A stretch of DNA of 61,607 nucleotides, filler included, from Fonticula-like sp. SCN 57-25 (taxonomy: Eukaryota): NCBI GenBank assembly GCA_001724245.1. It is 7 parts of 7 records of this genome, joined end to end, with 100 filler letters (N's around TTAATTAATTAA, not from the genome) between each part and the next. Parts side by side here need not be neighbours in the genome. Positions count along the whole stretch, not along the records: positions 47,178 to 54,343 come from MEDX01000388.1; positions 54,444 to 61,607 come from MEDX01000389.1; 5 more parts are not named here. The stretch is one strand, 5' to 3'. Positions 51,406-61,607 of this stretch are shown piece by piece. The notes under the pieces were generated by a model. The model ran no database searches. It saw only the letters and a list, made by a program, of their open reading frames with translations, and was not told where the DNA came from. Position 1 is the first letter of the stretch; the number at the start of each line of letters is the position of its first letter. The translations under genes and the position numbers were made by a program.

Positions 51406-51793
51406 CTGCGACAAGTGCACGTGATTCTGGGTCACGTGACGAGCGTAAAAGCCGGTTTCTATACGTCTATGGTTCTAGGTTCCAATAAGAAAATTGTTTA
51501 GTGTACTCTTTTTGACGCTCATTTATGGACGCAAACACCACACATAACTTTATTCTTTTCTTTTATGTATTTCGCGAGCGAGATGGAATCATGCGGTCCA
51601 TCCTTTGTCCTTTGACCTCCATGACGAAATTTGGCGGATGTAACTGACCAATGGCATAGCTTCCACGATCACGCAGGAGGCACTACCAATTTCCTTTTAT
51701 GGTGCATTGTTATCTCCCCTGATTGGTCAGTTCATCCCTTACATTTCACATTCAGCTGCCACGGCGGGAACGCCCAGCATCTTGGCCGGCAGC
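51406..51793. promoter_or_regulatory. Bidirectional promoter between the two ABCG genes
   Basis: 388 bp between the ATGs; E-boxes CACGTG 51418 and GTCACGTGAC 51431-51440; several CCAAT/ATTGG boxes at about 51650-51726. Confidence 0.7.
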
Positions 51794-54338
51794 ATGATGG
51801 GTAAGAGCGTTCAGTACGAGAAGACCGAGCGCACGCCGCTGCTGGACAGCGACGCGCACTCGTCTGTCCGCATGGAAGCCGAGGCGGACGTTGTCCCCGT
51901 GTTTTCGCGCAATGAGCGCCCTCTCGATGTGACTGTCAAGAACCTGAGCTACTGGGTCCGGCCGAGCCTCGATGCCGACTGGGAGTCGCTCAACCAGGCG
52001 GCCAAGTGCCAGCTGCCCAAGACGCGCCTGCTCCTCGACAATGTCAACATCCACGTACAGGCGGGCCAGCTGCTCGCCGTGCTCGGCAGTTCCGGGTCGG
52101 GCAAGACCACGTTGCTCGATGTCATGGCGTACAGACACGAGGGCGGCCAGATTACGGGCGATGTCCTATTCAACGGCGAGCCCCGCACGGCGCAAAAGCT
52201 CAAGGTACGCTTGCCACTTTATTAACATTGTTTAATTACGGTTTGGCTTACTTTTGCCTCTCTTTGCATAGGAATCGGGTGGCTACGTCCAGCAGGAGGA
52301 TCGCCTTTTGCCCAACCTGACTGTCCTCGAGACGCTCACCTTTGTCGCCCGCCTCAAGATGCCCGCGAGTCTCCCCCTTTCCGCCAAGGAGGCGCGCGTG
52401 CGCGAGGTGATTGGCGAGCTCGGCCTGATCCACGTGGAAAACTCGCCCATCGGCGGCGCATCGCTCCGCGGCCTCAGCGGCGGCGAGCGTCGCCGCGTCA
52501 GCATCGCGATGCAGCTGCTCCTCGACCCGAGCATCCTTTTCCTCGACGAGCCGACGAGCGGCCTCGACAGCTTCACCGCCAACAACGTCGTGGCGACCCT
52601 GCAGAGTCTCGCGAGATCGAACCGCACCATCATCACGACGATCCACTCGCCGAGGAGCGATGTCGTCAAGATGTTTGACCTCGTCCTGATCCTTTCGCAA
52701 GGTGCGTCGGAAATAACCTGTTTTTGTTGCCTATTTAAACCTGGTGCTTACACGTGGCCGTTTGAATAGGCCGGACGGTTTACTTTGGCCCCAGCGAGGG
52801 CATGGTGTCGTACTTTGCCAATGTCGGCTACCCGTGCCCCATGTACACCAACCCATGCGACTTTTGCCGTACGCCATTTTGATTGGACGAGAAAGGAAAA
52901 CTGATTACGTGGCGATAGTTGATTTGGCCACGATTGACTTTAGGTCGGCGGAGCGCGAGCAGCAGTCGCGCAAGATCGTCGACCAGCTCGTCAGCCGTAC
53001 GCATGATTTGATATGTTTTTGGATGCTTTTTGTGATGTTATTTGTGGTGTATTTTGTGTGATTTTGGATGACTTTTGGATGATTTTGTGTGGTTTTGGAT
53101 GAATTTTGCATCATTTTTGCATCATTTTTGCATTATTTTTGCATGATTTTGCATCTTTTTACATCATTTTCGCCACTTTTTCTCATCATTTTCTCATTTT
53201 CTCATCAATTTCCCTTAGACTATTCTGCCACGCCGTACACGCCGCCTCTGCTTTCCTCGCCCTCCACGGACCTTTTAAAGCAGAGCCCTTCCGTCAACAG
53301 CGACCGCGCCGGCTTCTTCCTTCAATTCTACATCCTCCTCATCCGCACGTGGCGCAATCGCCTTCTCGGCCGCACTGCCCTTTTCGTCGACCTTGTGCAG
53401 GCGCTCGCGATGGCGCTCGTCGTCGGCGCAGTTTTTCTGAATTTGGGCCATGATCAGGTGTCGGTGCAGGACAGATATGGTCTGTTTTACATTATCAGTA
53501 CAATGTATCCGTTCATGCTCGTGCTAAGCACGGTTTCTAAACGTACGAAAAATCGATATTTATGTTTGTTTTTGTGAGAAAAAGTGTGAAAAATGCTCTT
53601 TTTATATATGGTTTATGCATGTTTTTGATATTTTTACCGTGTTTTCGAGCATTTTTATGTGTCGATGAAAGAGTCAATTCTTTTCTTCTTATCTTCCCAT
53701 CTTCTCACGTGACTAACACCACGATAGTGCATCAGGACCGACCCTCTTTCTATACCGAGCGCGAAGACGGCCTCTACAATCTTTTACCCTTCTTCTTTGC
53801 CAAGCAAATCGGCGAACTTCCCTTTGACATTTTCTTTTCCCTCGTCTATTCCCTCCCTATCTATTTCATGTCTCAACTTGACATGACACTTGACAAGATT
53901 CTCATTTTTAACGGCATTGTTTTCCTCATCCTCTTCACAGCGCGCTCGATGGCGCTCGCCGTCGGCGCGGCAATCCCGCGCTTCCAACAAGCCGCCTTTA
54001 CCGCCAATTTCATGTTTACACTTTTCTTGCTGCCATGTGGCTTCATTGTCAACCTCGATACGATATGGCCAGGTGTCGCGTGGACGGCCGACATTTCGTT
54101 TGTCGCGTTCAGTTTTCAGTCGCTGTCGATCAATGAGTTTGTGGGCGTCGAATTTAATTGCCCTAATTTGGGTAACCAGACGCTGTGTCCGATCACAGAG
54201 GGGACGCAGGCGCTCGAGGCGTTTGCGCTGGAGGATAAGAGTATTGAGTGGAGCGCGATTTATATGTCGATCGTGGCGATCGTGTTTAGGACGTTTTATT
54301 ATTTTGCAATGAGGTTTATCGATCAGAGGCCGCGTTAA
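51794..54338 (+). CDS. ABCG8: ABCG half transporter, ABCG8-like
   Basis: GSSGSGKT, LLPNLTV.ETLTF, GLSGGERRRVSI, DEPTSGLDSFTA.N, GYPCP.Y.NP.DF, PF..VL..VSK, FFFAK.IGELP, GFIVNL..IW..W..ISF. Confidence 0.8.
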
Positions 54339-54443
54339 GCATTNNNNNNNNNNNNNNNNNNNNNNNNNNNNNNNNNNNNNNNNNNNNTTAATTAATTAAN
54401 NNNNNNNNNNNNNNNNNNNNNNNNNNNNNNNNNNNNNNNNNNN

Positions 54444-55656
54444 TCTTCTTAGACTTGCGGCTACCCTGTTCCTCCTCCTCTTCTTCGCTGTCACTCTGGC
54501 GATGCCGAACGCCCCGATCGTCCATTTGCACATCTCCGTCGTCCTCGTCGTTCTGATCCTCCTCGGCACCGTCATCGTTCAGCAAGTATTCAAGATCCCA
54601 GAACTTGACAGTATCGTCGTGAGAACAGCTCGCCATCAATTTCTGGTCCGAAGTAACGCGGATTCGCTCCACAGGGAAACCATCATGGTCACCGATAACA
54701 CCGGCCAGGCTGTTCGGATGGATAGTGACAACCCTAGGAGACGATTAAAAAAATGAGTTCACTCGATCGCCCAGTGCTCCACAATGCAGCGTACCGGATA
54801 AAGCCATCGGACGAACCAGTGCAAAGAAGCTCCTCACCGTCGGGTGAATTGACAACGGTCATCGCGTCAATCGAGTTGGGATGCCCAGGGAAGCGGTCCG
54901 AGATATCACCCCAAAGTCCCCAAGACCAGATATTGAGCACGCCCTCCTGCGTGCCCACAACGACCTTCTTACCACCTTTCACGAGGGCAATAGAAAGCAA
55001 TTCATCATCCTGATTGTCGGACTTGTGCACCTCCTTATGCAACCGAATATCGTACACTGCGAGAGTGCCGTCACCACTGCAACAAAACGCAGTAAGCAAA
55101 CAAGGCAGCAATAGCAATATCGCGCACCTGGCAGACAAAAGTATGTTTTGCTCCTCGTTGAACGCAAGTTGCGAAACATAGTCGTCCTGTGTGGCATACT
55201 CGCGGATCGACTTTTGTTGACGGAGGTCCCAAAGCTTGACAGTACCCCCGTCATCACCCGTGGCGATCGAGTCCGGCCCAAGCCGAAGGATTGTATTGAT
55301 GGGGTCTCCATGCGCCTTGGCTTGCTTGAAGAAAACGTCGCCTGTCTCGAGGTTCACAGCCTGGATCGACTTGTCGCTTGAAGCGGTGAACAGCGCTGCC
55401 AGATTCATAGTTATGGTAAGCAAGAGTGTGCAAAAGCCACCAAACACGCACCCTTTCCATTGTCGGAGAACAGCAAGGCACGGCAAGACTTTTTGTGGTG
55501 AATCAAGTGGTGCAGCTGCTTGTTCCCTGTGTCGTGGTCGACCGCGTGCACGATCACATCTCCCGTGATGAGCCCACTTGCGACAATGCGTTCGGTGGGG
55601 TGAAACGCAACCTCAAACACATGGCTATCAAAATTCAACGTGGGCGGCGCCTGCAT
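54444..55656 (-). CDS. WDR55: WD repeat protein 55 / JIP5 (rRNA processing), 3'-truncated
   Basis: FHP..SGLITG, HKKSCR, ATGDDGGTVKLWDLR, SGDGTL, DDELLS, WGDISDRFPGHP.SID, SCSHD. Confidence 0.9.
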
Positions 55657-55912
55657 GGTGAACACAACGAAGAAAGGCTCCGATGCAGCGGTGTACAGCC
55701 ACGCGACGACCCTTCAACCTGTGCCTCCACAGCGGTACCACGCTTTAACTCACGTGGCCAGATCCAAGTTTTTTCACATTCATCTCGCCAGCTCTACGCA
55801 GTGCACTGCTCAGGCAAGCTCGTTGCCCGTACGCGTTACCGCATAACCCGCGACAAAGACGGCCCGGTGACCCTTTTGCTCACATCTACTGACAGCGAGA
55901 AGTTTGTCTGTT

Positions 55913-58900
55913 ATGTCGGTCGAGTGGCCCGGCGATCGCGTCCGCCAGACATTCATTGACTACTTCGTCAGCAAGGGTCACACCTTCGCGCCGTCAAGCG
56001 CGACGATCCCCCACGATGATCCCACGCTGCTCTTTGCGAACGCCGGCATGAACCAGGTACAATGACACTACCTTGTGCATGGTTGTTGATGCAGTGTCTT
56101 AGTTCAAGCCGATTTTCCTTGGTACCGTCGACCCCAACAGTGACATGGCCAAGTTGAAGCGTGCGACCAACACACAGAAGTGGTACGTGCTGTTGCGTGG
56201 CTTCATGTTTCCTCGCTGGTCTAACACACACGCAGCATTCGTGCGGGTGGTAAGCACAACGATCTTGACGACGTCGGCAAAGATTCTTACCATCACACCT
56301 TCTTCGAGATGCTCGGCAACTGGTCTTTTGGCGATTACTTTAAGCGTGAGGCCGTCGATTTTGCGTGGGATCTTCTTGTGAACGTTTTCAAGCTGAACCC
56401 TGACCGTCTCTACTGTGCGTGTTTACCTCACTGTTTAGATGTTGCCATTTCTCACCTTCTCTGTAGTCACGTATTTCGAGGGCGAGCCTTCTTCTGGTCT
56501 TGGTCCCGATCTCGAGACGCGCGACCTGTGGATTGCGAAGGGTGTCCCCGCTAATCGCGTGCTTCCGTTTGGCATGAAGGAGAACTTTTGGGAGATGGGC
56601 GAGACTGGTCCGTGCGGACCTTGCACCGAGATTCACTATGATCGCATTGGCGGCCGTGTGGTTTCGGAGCTTGTCAACATGGACGACCCCACTGTCATTG
56701 AAATCTGGAACAACGTGTTCATGGAGTTCAACCGTGAGAAGGATCGTTCGCTGAGGGTGCGCGATTTTCTTTTATGCCGTAGTTGCCTAAATTTGACGTC
56801 TCGTAGAAACTTCCGGCGCAGTCCGTCGATACCGGCATGGGCTTTGAGCGTCTTGTCTCGGTCCTGCAGGACAAGATGTCGAACTACGATACTGACATGT
56901 TCCAGTATCTCTTTGACGCCATTCGTGAGCGCACGGGTGCGCGCGAATACACGGGCAAGTATGGTCTCGAGGATGCCGACGGCGTTGACACTGCGTATCG
57001 TGTCCTTGCGGACCACGTTCGCACTCTCACTTTCGCGATGTCGGACGGCGGTATGCCGGACAAGGACGCGCGTGGCTATGTTCTGCGTCGTATTCTTCGC
57101 CGTGCCATTCGCTATGCCCATGAAAAGCTCCATGCGCCTCTTCACTTTTTCCCTGAACTCGTTCGCGTCGTTGTTGCTCGCATGAGCGGCACCTTCCCCG
57201 AAATCACGCGCAAGGTCGACGAGATTATCGAGGTCCTCAAGGACGAGGAGACCCAGTTCATGCGCACTCTTGACCGTGGCATCAAGCTGTTCAACAATGT
57301 CGCGGAGAAGGCCAAGCAGAACGGCGAGACCGTCATCAAGGGCTCGGACGCGTTCACCCTCTACGACACATATGGCTTCCCCCGCGATCTCACCGAGATG
57401 ATGGCTGCCGAAAAGTACGTTTCTCATATATACTGTGTTGGCGGAGTCTGACGCACGAGCAGGGGCTTCACCGTGGATCGCGATGGATACGAGGAGGCCG
57501 AGCGCGTTGCCAAGGAGCGTTCGAAGGCTGCGGCCAACGAGACCACGTCGGTCGCGCTCGATATCCACACCATCACCGAGCTGAACGACAAGAAGGTACC
57601 CCACACCGATGACTCGGGCAAGTACGGTGCGTTCATCCCTTTTCGAATCGTACGCTTGCTTATCCTCCTCCGCACCAGGCACTGCCCCCGTGGAAGGGTC
57701 TGTTCTCGCCGTCTTTTCGGGAGGCAAGTTTGTCGATTCGATGGATGGCGGCAACTCGATGTTTGGTCTTGTTCTCGATCGCACCAACTTTTACGCCGAG
57801 CAGGGTGGTCAGATCTATGACACTGGCATTATCGAGATTGTGGAGAAGGGACAATTTGCGGTTGAGAGCACCCAGGTGTACGGTGGCTTTGTGCTCCACG
57901 TGGGCTACCTTAAGAGTGGCGCTGTTGCCGTGAACGACAAGGTTGTCGCGCAGTTCGACGAGGATCGTCGCAAGCCCATTCGCCGTAACCACACTGCTAC
58001 CCACATTCTGAACCACGCCCTGCGCGACACTCTCGGTGATGGTGTTGACCAGAAGGGCTCTCTCGTGGCGCCTGACCGCTTGCGGTTTGACTTTAGCAAC
58101 AAGGTGAGTTTGTTTCCCTTCTTTTTATATGCTCACGGTTTTTTTTTTTAGAATGCCGTATCGGTTGCGCAGCTCGCCAAGATCGAGTCCCACGTTCGCT
58201 CTGTCATCGCGAGCGACTTGACGGTGTTCTCGCAGGAGTCGAGCCTGGCCATTGCTCGTCAGGTGAACGGTCTTCGTGCTGTTTTCGGCGAGACGTACCC
58301 CGACCCTGTTCGCATCGTCTCCGTCGGGGTCCCGGTTGAGCAGCTGCTGAGCGACCCGTCGTCCTCGTCGTGGGTTGCCAACTCGATTGAATTTTGCGGT
58401 GGAACGTACGTGCATTTTGTAGAAAGTTGGCGCCGACTGACCTTTCTCTAGCCACGTGGGTCGTACATCGGAGATTTCTTCGTTTGTCTTGACCAGCGAA
58501 GAGGCGGTGGCGAAGGGCACGCGCCGTATCGTTGCGATTACGGGCCAGGATGCCGTGGCGGCCAACGAGATGGCGAACCAGCTTCATGGGTCGATAGCCA
58601 GCGGCCTCGCGTCGCTCAAGAACAACGATCTTCTTGAGTTCATCAACAACTCGCGCAAGGAGGTGGATGCGGCGTCAATTTCGGTTGTGCGCAAGGAGGA
58701 GCTTCGTAACATTCTCTCTGAGCGCCGCAAGGAGATCGAGGCCGCTCTCAAGTCATCGCGTAGCAGCGATCTCGAGGGTGCCGTGCTCGCGGCTCGCGCG
58801 GCCATCCAGGCTGCCCCCGAGGCACCATTTTACGTCCTCGAGCTCAAGGTTCACGGCGACAGCAAGAGCCTCGCCAATATTGCCAAGGAGTTTTCCCGTC

Positions 58901-59139
58901 CCGCTCTTCTCATCTCTGCGTCTGCGGAAGGCCGCGTGACGCACCTCTCTGCTGTGGGCGACGAGTTTGTAAAGAAGGGTCTCAGTGCGAAGGCCTGGAG
59001 CGGCGTTGTCGCCTCTGTCGTGGGCGGCAAGGCTGGAGGCACCGACAAGGCTGCCCAGGGCAGCGGTGACAAGGCCGACCAGATTGCTGCTGCCATCGCT
59101 GCTGCCGAGCAGTTCGCCAAGTTGAACCTCTCTGCTTAA
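55913..59139 (+). CDS. ALA1: Alanyl-tRNA synthetase (eukaryotic cytosolic type)
   Basis: [53 protein letters not shown], editing HTATH and EFCGGTH, C-terminal GGKAGG. Confidence 0.97.
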
Positions 59140-59408
59140 ACGATCGGAGCAAAGGGGATGTTCCCAAGTAGTGTAGTGTCAAATCAATAAAATTGGGCAA
59201 CAACTTTGATACTTGAATTACCGCAATTGCCTCTACGATATGTAGGATTATGTAGGATATTTTATTATTCCACAATTAATAGTCGGCTGCACTACAAGAA
59301 TTATGCGCAGATTATGCGATTGGCCAGCGATTGGCACCGCCCTTGCTCGCTTGAATTTGCAGTTTGCGTATCGATCGATGCAACCGATGGACTGTACCTG
59401 AAGCACAC

Positions 59409-60151
59409 ATGGCGACAAGTACAGCAGTCGTGACGTCGCCCGTCAGCTGCACTGTATATGTGTCGAACCTTCCATTTTCGTTGACGAACAACGATTTGAT
59501 ACAACTGTACGAAACTCATGGCCCTCTAGTCCGGTACGACGTGTCCGTCTCAATGGATGTCGTCAGCTCATCTCGGTCTAGGGTTTCTGTCGTCAAAGAT
59601 GCTCAACGCCGAAGCAAAGGGGTCGCCTTCTTGTTGTATAAGCGGCCCGAGCACGCCGCTATTGCTGCGGCGGTCATTAACGGGTCTGTTTTGATGGATC
59701 GCACGTTAAAAGGTGTGCGCTGAACTAGCGGGCTGTGCACAGCTAACGTCGATGGCAGCAAGCATAGCTGTTGATAATGGTCGGTCAGAAGACTATTCTA
59801 AACGGCGCGAGTACAAAGACAAGACCCGGTGCTTTGAATGCGGAGTATGTTTACAGCATTTGAAGTGCGCTAACTAACTTTACACCGTAGGAAAAGGGTC
59901 ATATAAGCAACGAGTGCCCAAAGAACAAGTTTGGCACCCGCCCTCTCCCCGACAAAGCGCCAGCCAAGAAGCAGCGCATCTCGCTTTCGCCAAAGGATAG
60001 CGCGGCAACTGTTGAGGGGGTGGCCGATGACTGGTCACTTGCAGAAAGGCCAGGCTACAGCGAGCCGACCGATGCTGCTTCGTCTGGGACAAAGCGCCGG
60101 CTTCGTCAATCTGACTACTTTAGTGACGAGGACGAAGAAGTGGACGAGTGA
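59409..60151 (+). CDS. ZCRB1: U11/U12 snRNP 31-kDa protein (RRM + CCHC zinc knuckle)
   Basis: TVYVSNLPFSLTNNDL, RSKGVAF, ASIAVDNGR, DKTRCFECGEKGHISNECPKN, C-terminal YFSDEDE; three introns. Confidence 0.92.
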
Positions 60152-60270
60152 AGTTGCGACACGAAAGTAATAGTGATAACAATTATGATTTCTATGTTGA
60201 AGGAATGATGTATAGTACTGTAAACCATAAAATGACACATGTATGGCTCATTCATTCAACTCGAAGCGTG

Positions 60271-61607
60271 CTAATATTCGGGGCTGTCCGGGGCGGCCTG
60301 CGACTCGACCTCGTTGATTGAGTAGCCCTTTGTGGGCAGCTCGCTGAAAGCCATAATGGAATCTATGCATCGACCATTAGTTGACGACGTTGTGTCAATG
60401 GTGCCGTACCGAAGAGCCAGTCAATATTGACACTTTTCGCGGCAGCCACGGCTTCAAATCTTTTTGATTCAACGGTGCCGAGGATAACATCGGCGCCAGT
60501 CACGCTCTGAGTGACCTTACAGCCGACAAACGTCACCAGCTTCTCAAGCTCGCCTTGGGGCGCCTTGGTTGCGCCAATGAATATGTTGAGTGGTTTCTTG
60601 AAAAGCAAAGGCAGCTTGCCTGGGCCGGCAGCGAGAGTGGTCTCCCTCGCCGACACAGGCGCCGGAAACCAATCGCGCAACTGATATGCGTCCTCCTTCT
60701 CCCACGCGCTGCACACAATGGACTTGAGACACCACTCCGGAGACAAAAGCCATGCGCCCTTTGCTGCGCCTTGAAGTACCGACATAGTACGGCGATCGCT
60801 GCCGCTAATGACGTGGGTGGTACGAGCGTCGACTTCAGCGCTCACTGTAAATCCACCCAAATGCTGGGCGGCGGCGGAGATGATATCGCGCATACTTGCA
60901 GACACATTCGTCGCAACAATGTTGAACTTGCCTTTGGAGCGGCCAGCCGACTGAAGGGCGTTTGACACACCGTCCACTTGAATCCTGCGACGCTTGGAGG
61001 CGGATGACTCGGAAAAGGCACGAGACATTTGAGAGCCCTCTCCAAACTCGTTCATAAACTCCATAGGAAAAGAATCTCGTGGAGCGGACAGCTGGGAGCT
61101 GCCAACGGGGCCGGAAGAGGAAGAATCTGCTGCCGACCAGTCCTCGTCTTCACTGCCCCGCTCCGAGCTTCCGCTCGACTCGGCAGGCTCGCTGGATGAT
61201 GAAGCAGCACGCTTGCGCTGCTTCGCAGCGCGCTTAGGAGACGGAGAGGTTTTGACGTCCGACTTGGCCTTGCGCTTTGGCGCAGATGACTTTGAAGAGG
61301 GAGCATCTGCCGCCTTTCGCGCGAGCACACCTGGCGGGTCATTCTTTGTAGCCGTCTTCTTGACTGCGGACTTCTGAGGGCGGGGTTTGAGGCTTGTGTT
61401 GTCGTCCACAGTCTCCTTTTCTCCTGAATCCTCGTTGGGAGAGGCCGAATCTTGGGCAGTTGTGGTAGTCGCATCGACATTATCTTTTGGGGCGACCTGA
61501 GCCTTGGTCGCAGACTTTTTTGTATCGTCCTTCTTGACCACGTCCTTCTTGACCACGTCCTTCTTGACCACGTCCTTCTTGACCACGTCCTTCTTGACCA
61601 CGTCCTT
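60271..61607 (-). CDS. Tandem C-terminal BRCT protein, microcephalin (MCPH1)-like, 5'-truncated
   Basis: TTHVISG..RRTMSVLQG..G.WLLS.EW..S, second BRCT ending WLFDSI after splicing; long K/S-rich disordered N-terminal region. Confidence 0.78.
61528..61607. repeat. 15-bp coding tandem repeat (KKDVV)n
   Basis: CTTCTTGACCACGTC repeated about five times up to the window end. Confidence 0.95.

Overview
This is eukaryotic DNA made of seven separate contigs (1-7226, 7327-20638, 20739-27939, 28040-39806, 39907-47077, 47178-54343, 54444-61607) joined by artificial 100-nt N/TTAATTAATTAA linkers, so nothing is linked across a linker. The genome is compact and GC-rich, uses the standard code, and has many short introns (about 45-70 nt, mostly GTRCGY...AG). 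The supplied ORF track is therefore fragmented, and I rebuilt gene models by hand; exon borders are my reading and are not transcript-verified. About 35 genes are recognisable, mostly housekeeping genes in tight head-to-head pairs. The gene mix (LCL2, fungal-like QCR8, sterol C24-methyltransferase, I-BAR protein, minor-spliceosome ZCRB1, ABCG5/8-like half transporters) suggests a unicellular, non-dikaryan opisthokont, but this is inference. Most notable: (1) a head-to-head ABCG5-like/ABCG8-like pair 388 bp apart in which both ATP sites look intact, unlike the mammalian pair; (2) a box C/D snoRNA candidate with a 17-nt LSU rRNA guide in the last intron of NOP56; (3) an I-BAR-SH3-polyPro-WH2 protein with a WIP-type WH2; (4) a possible non-AUG mitochondrial extension of AlaRS; (5) an intron-poor accessory contig with RecQ, a Mutator transposase interrupted by three stops and a kinase. 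Family assignments come from recalled motifs; no database searches were run.
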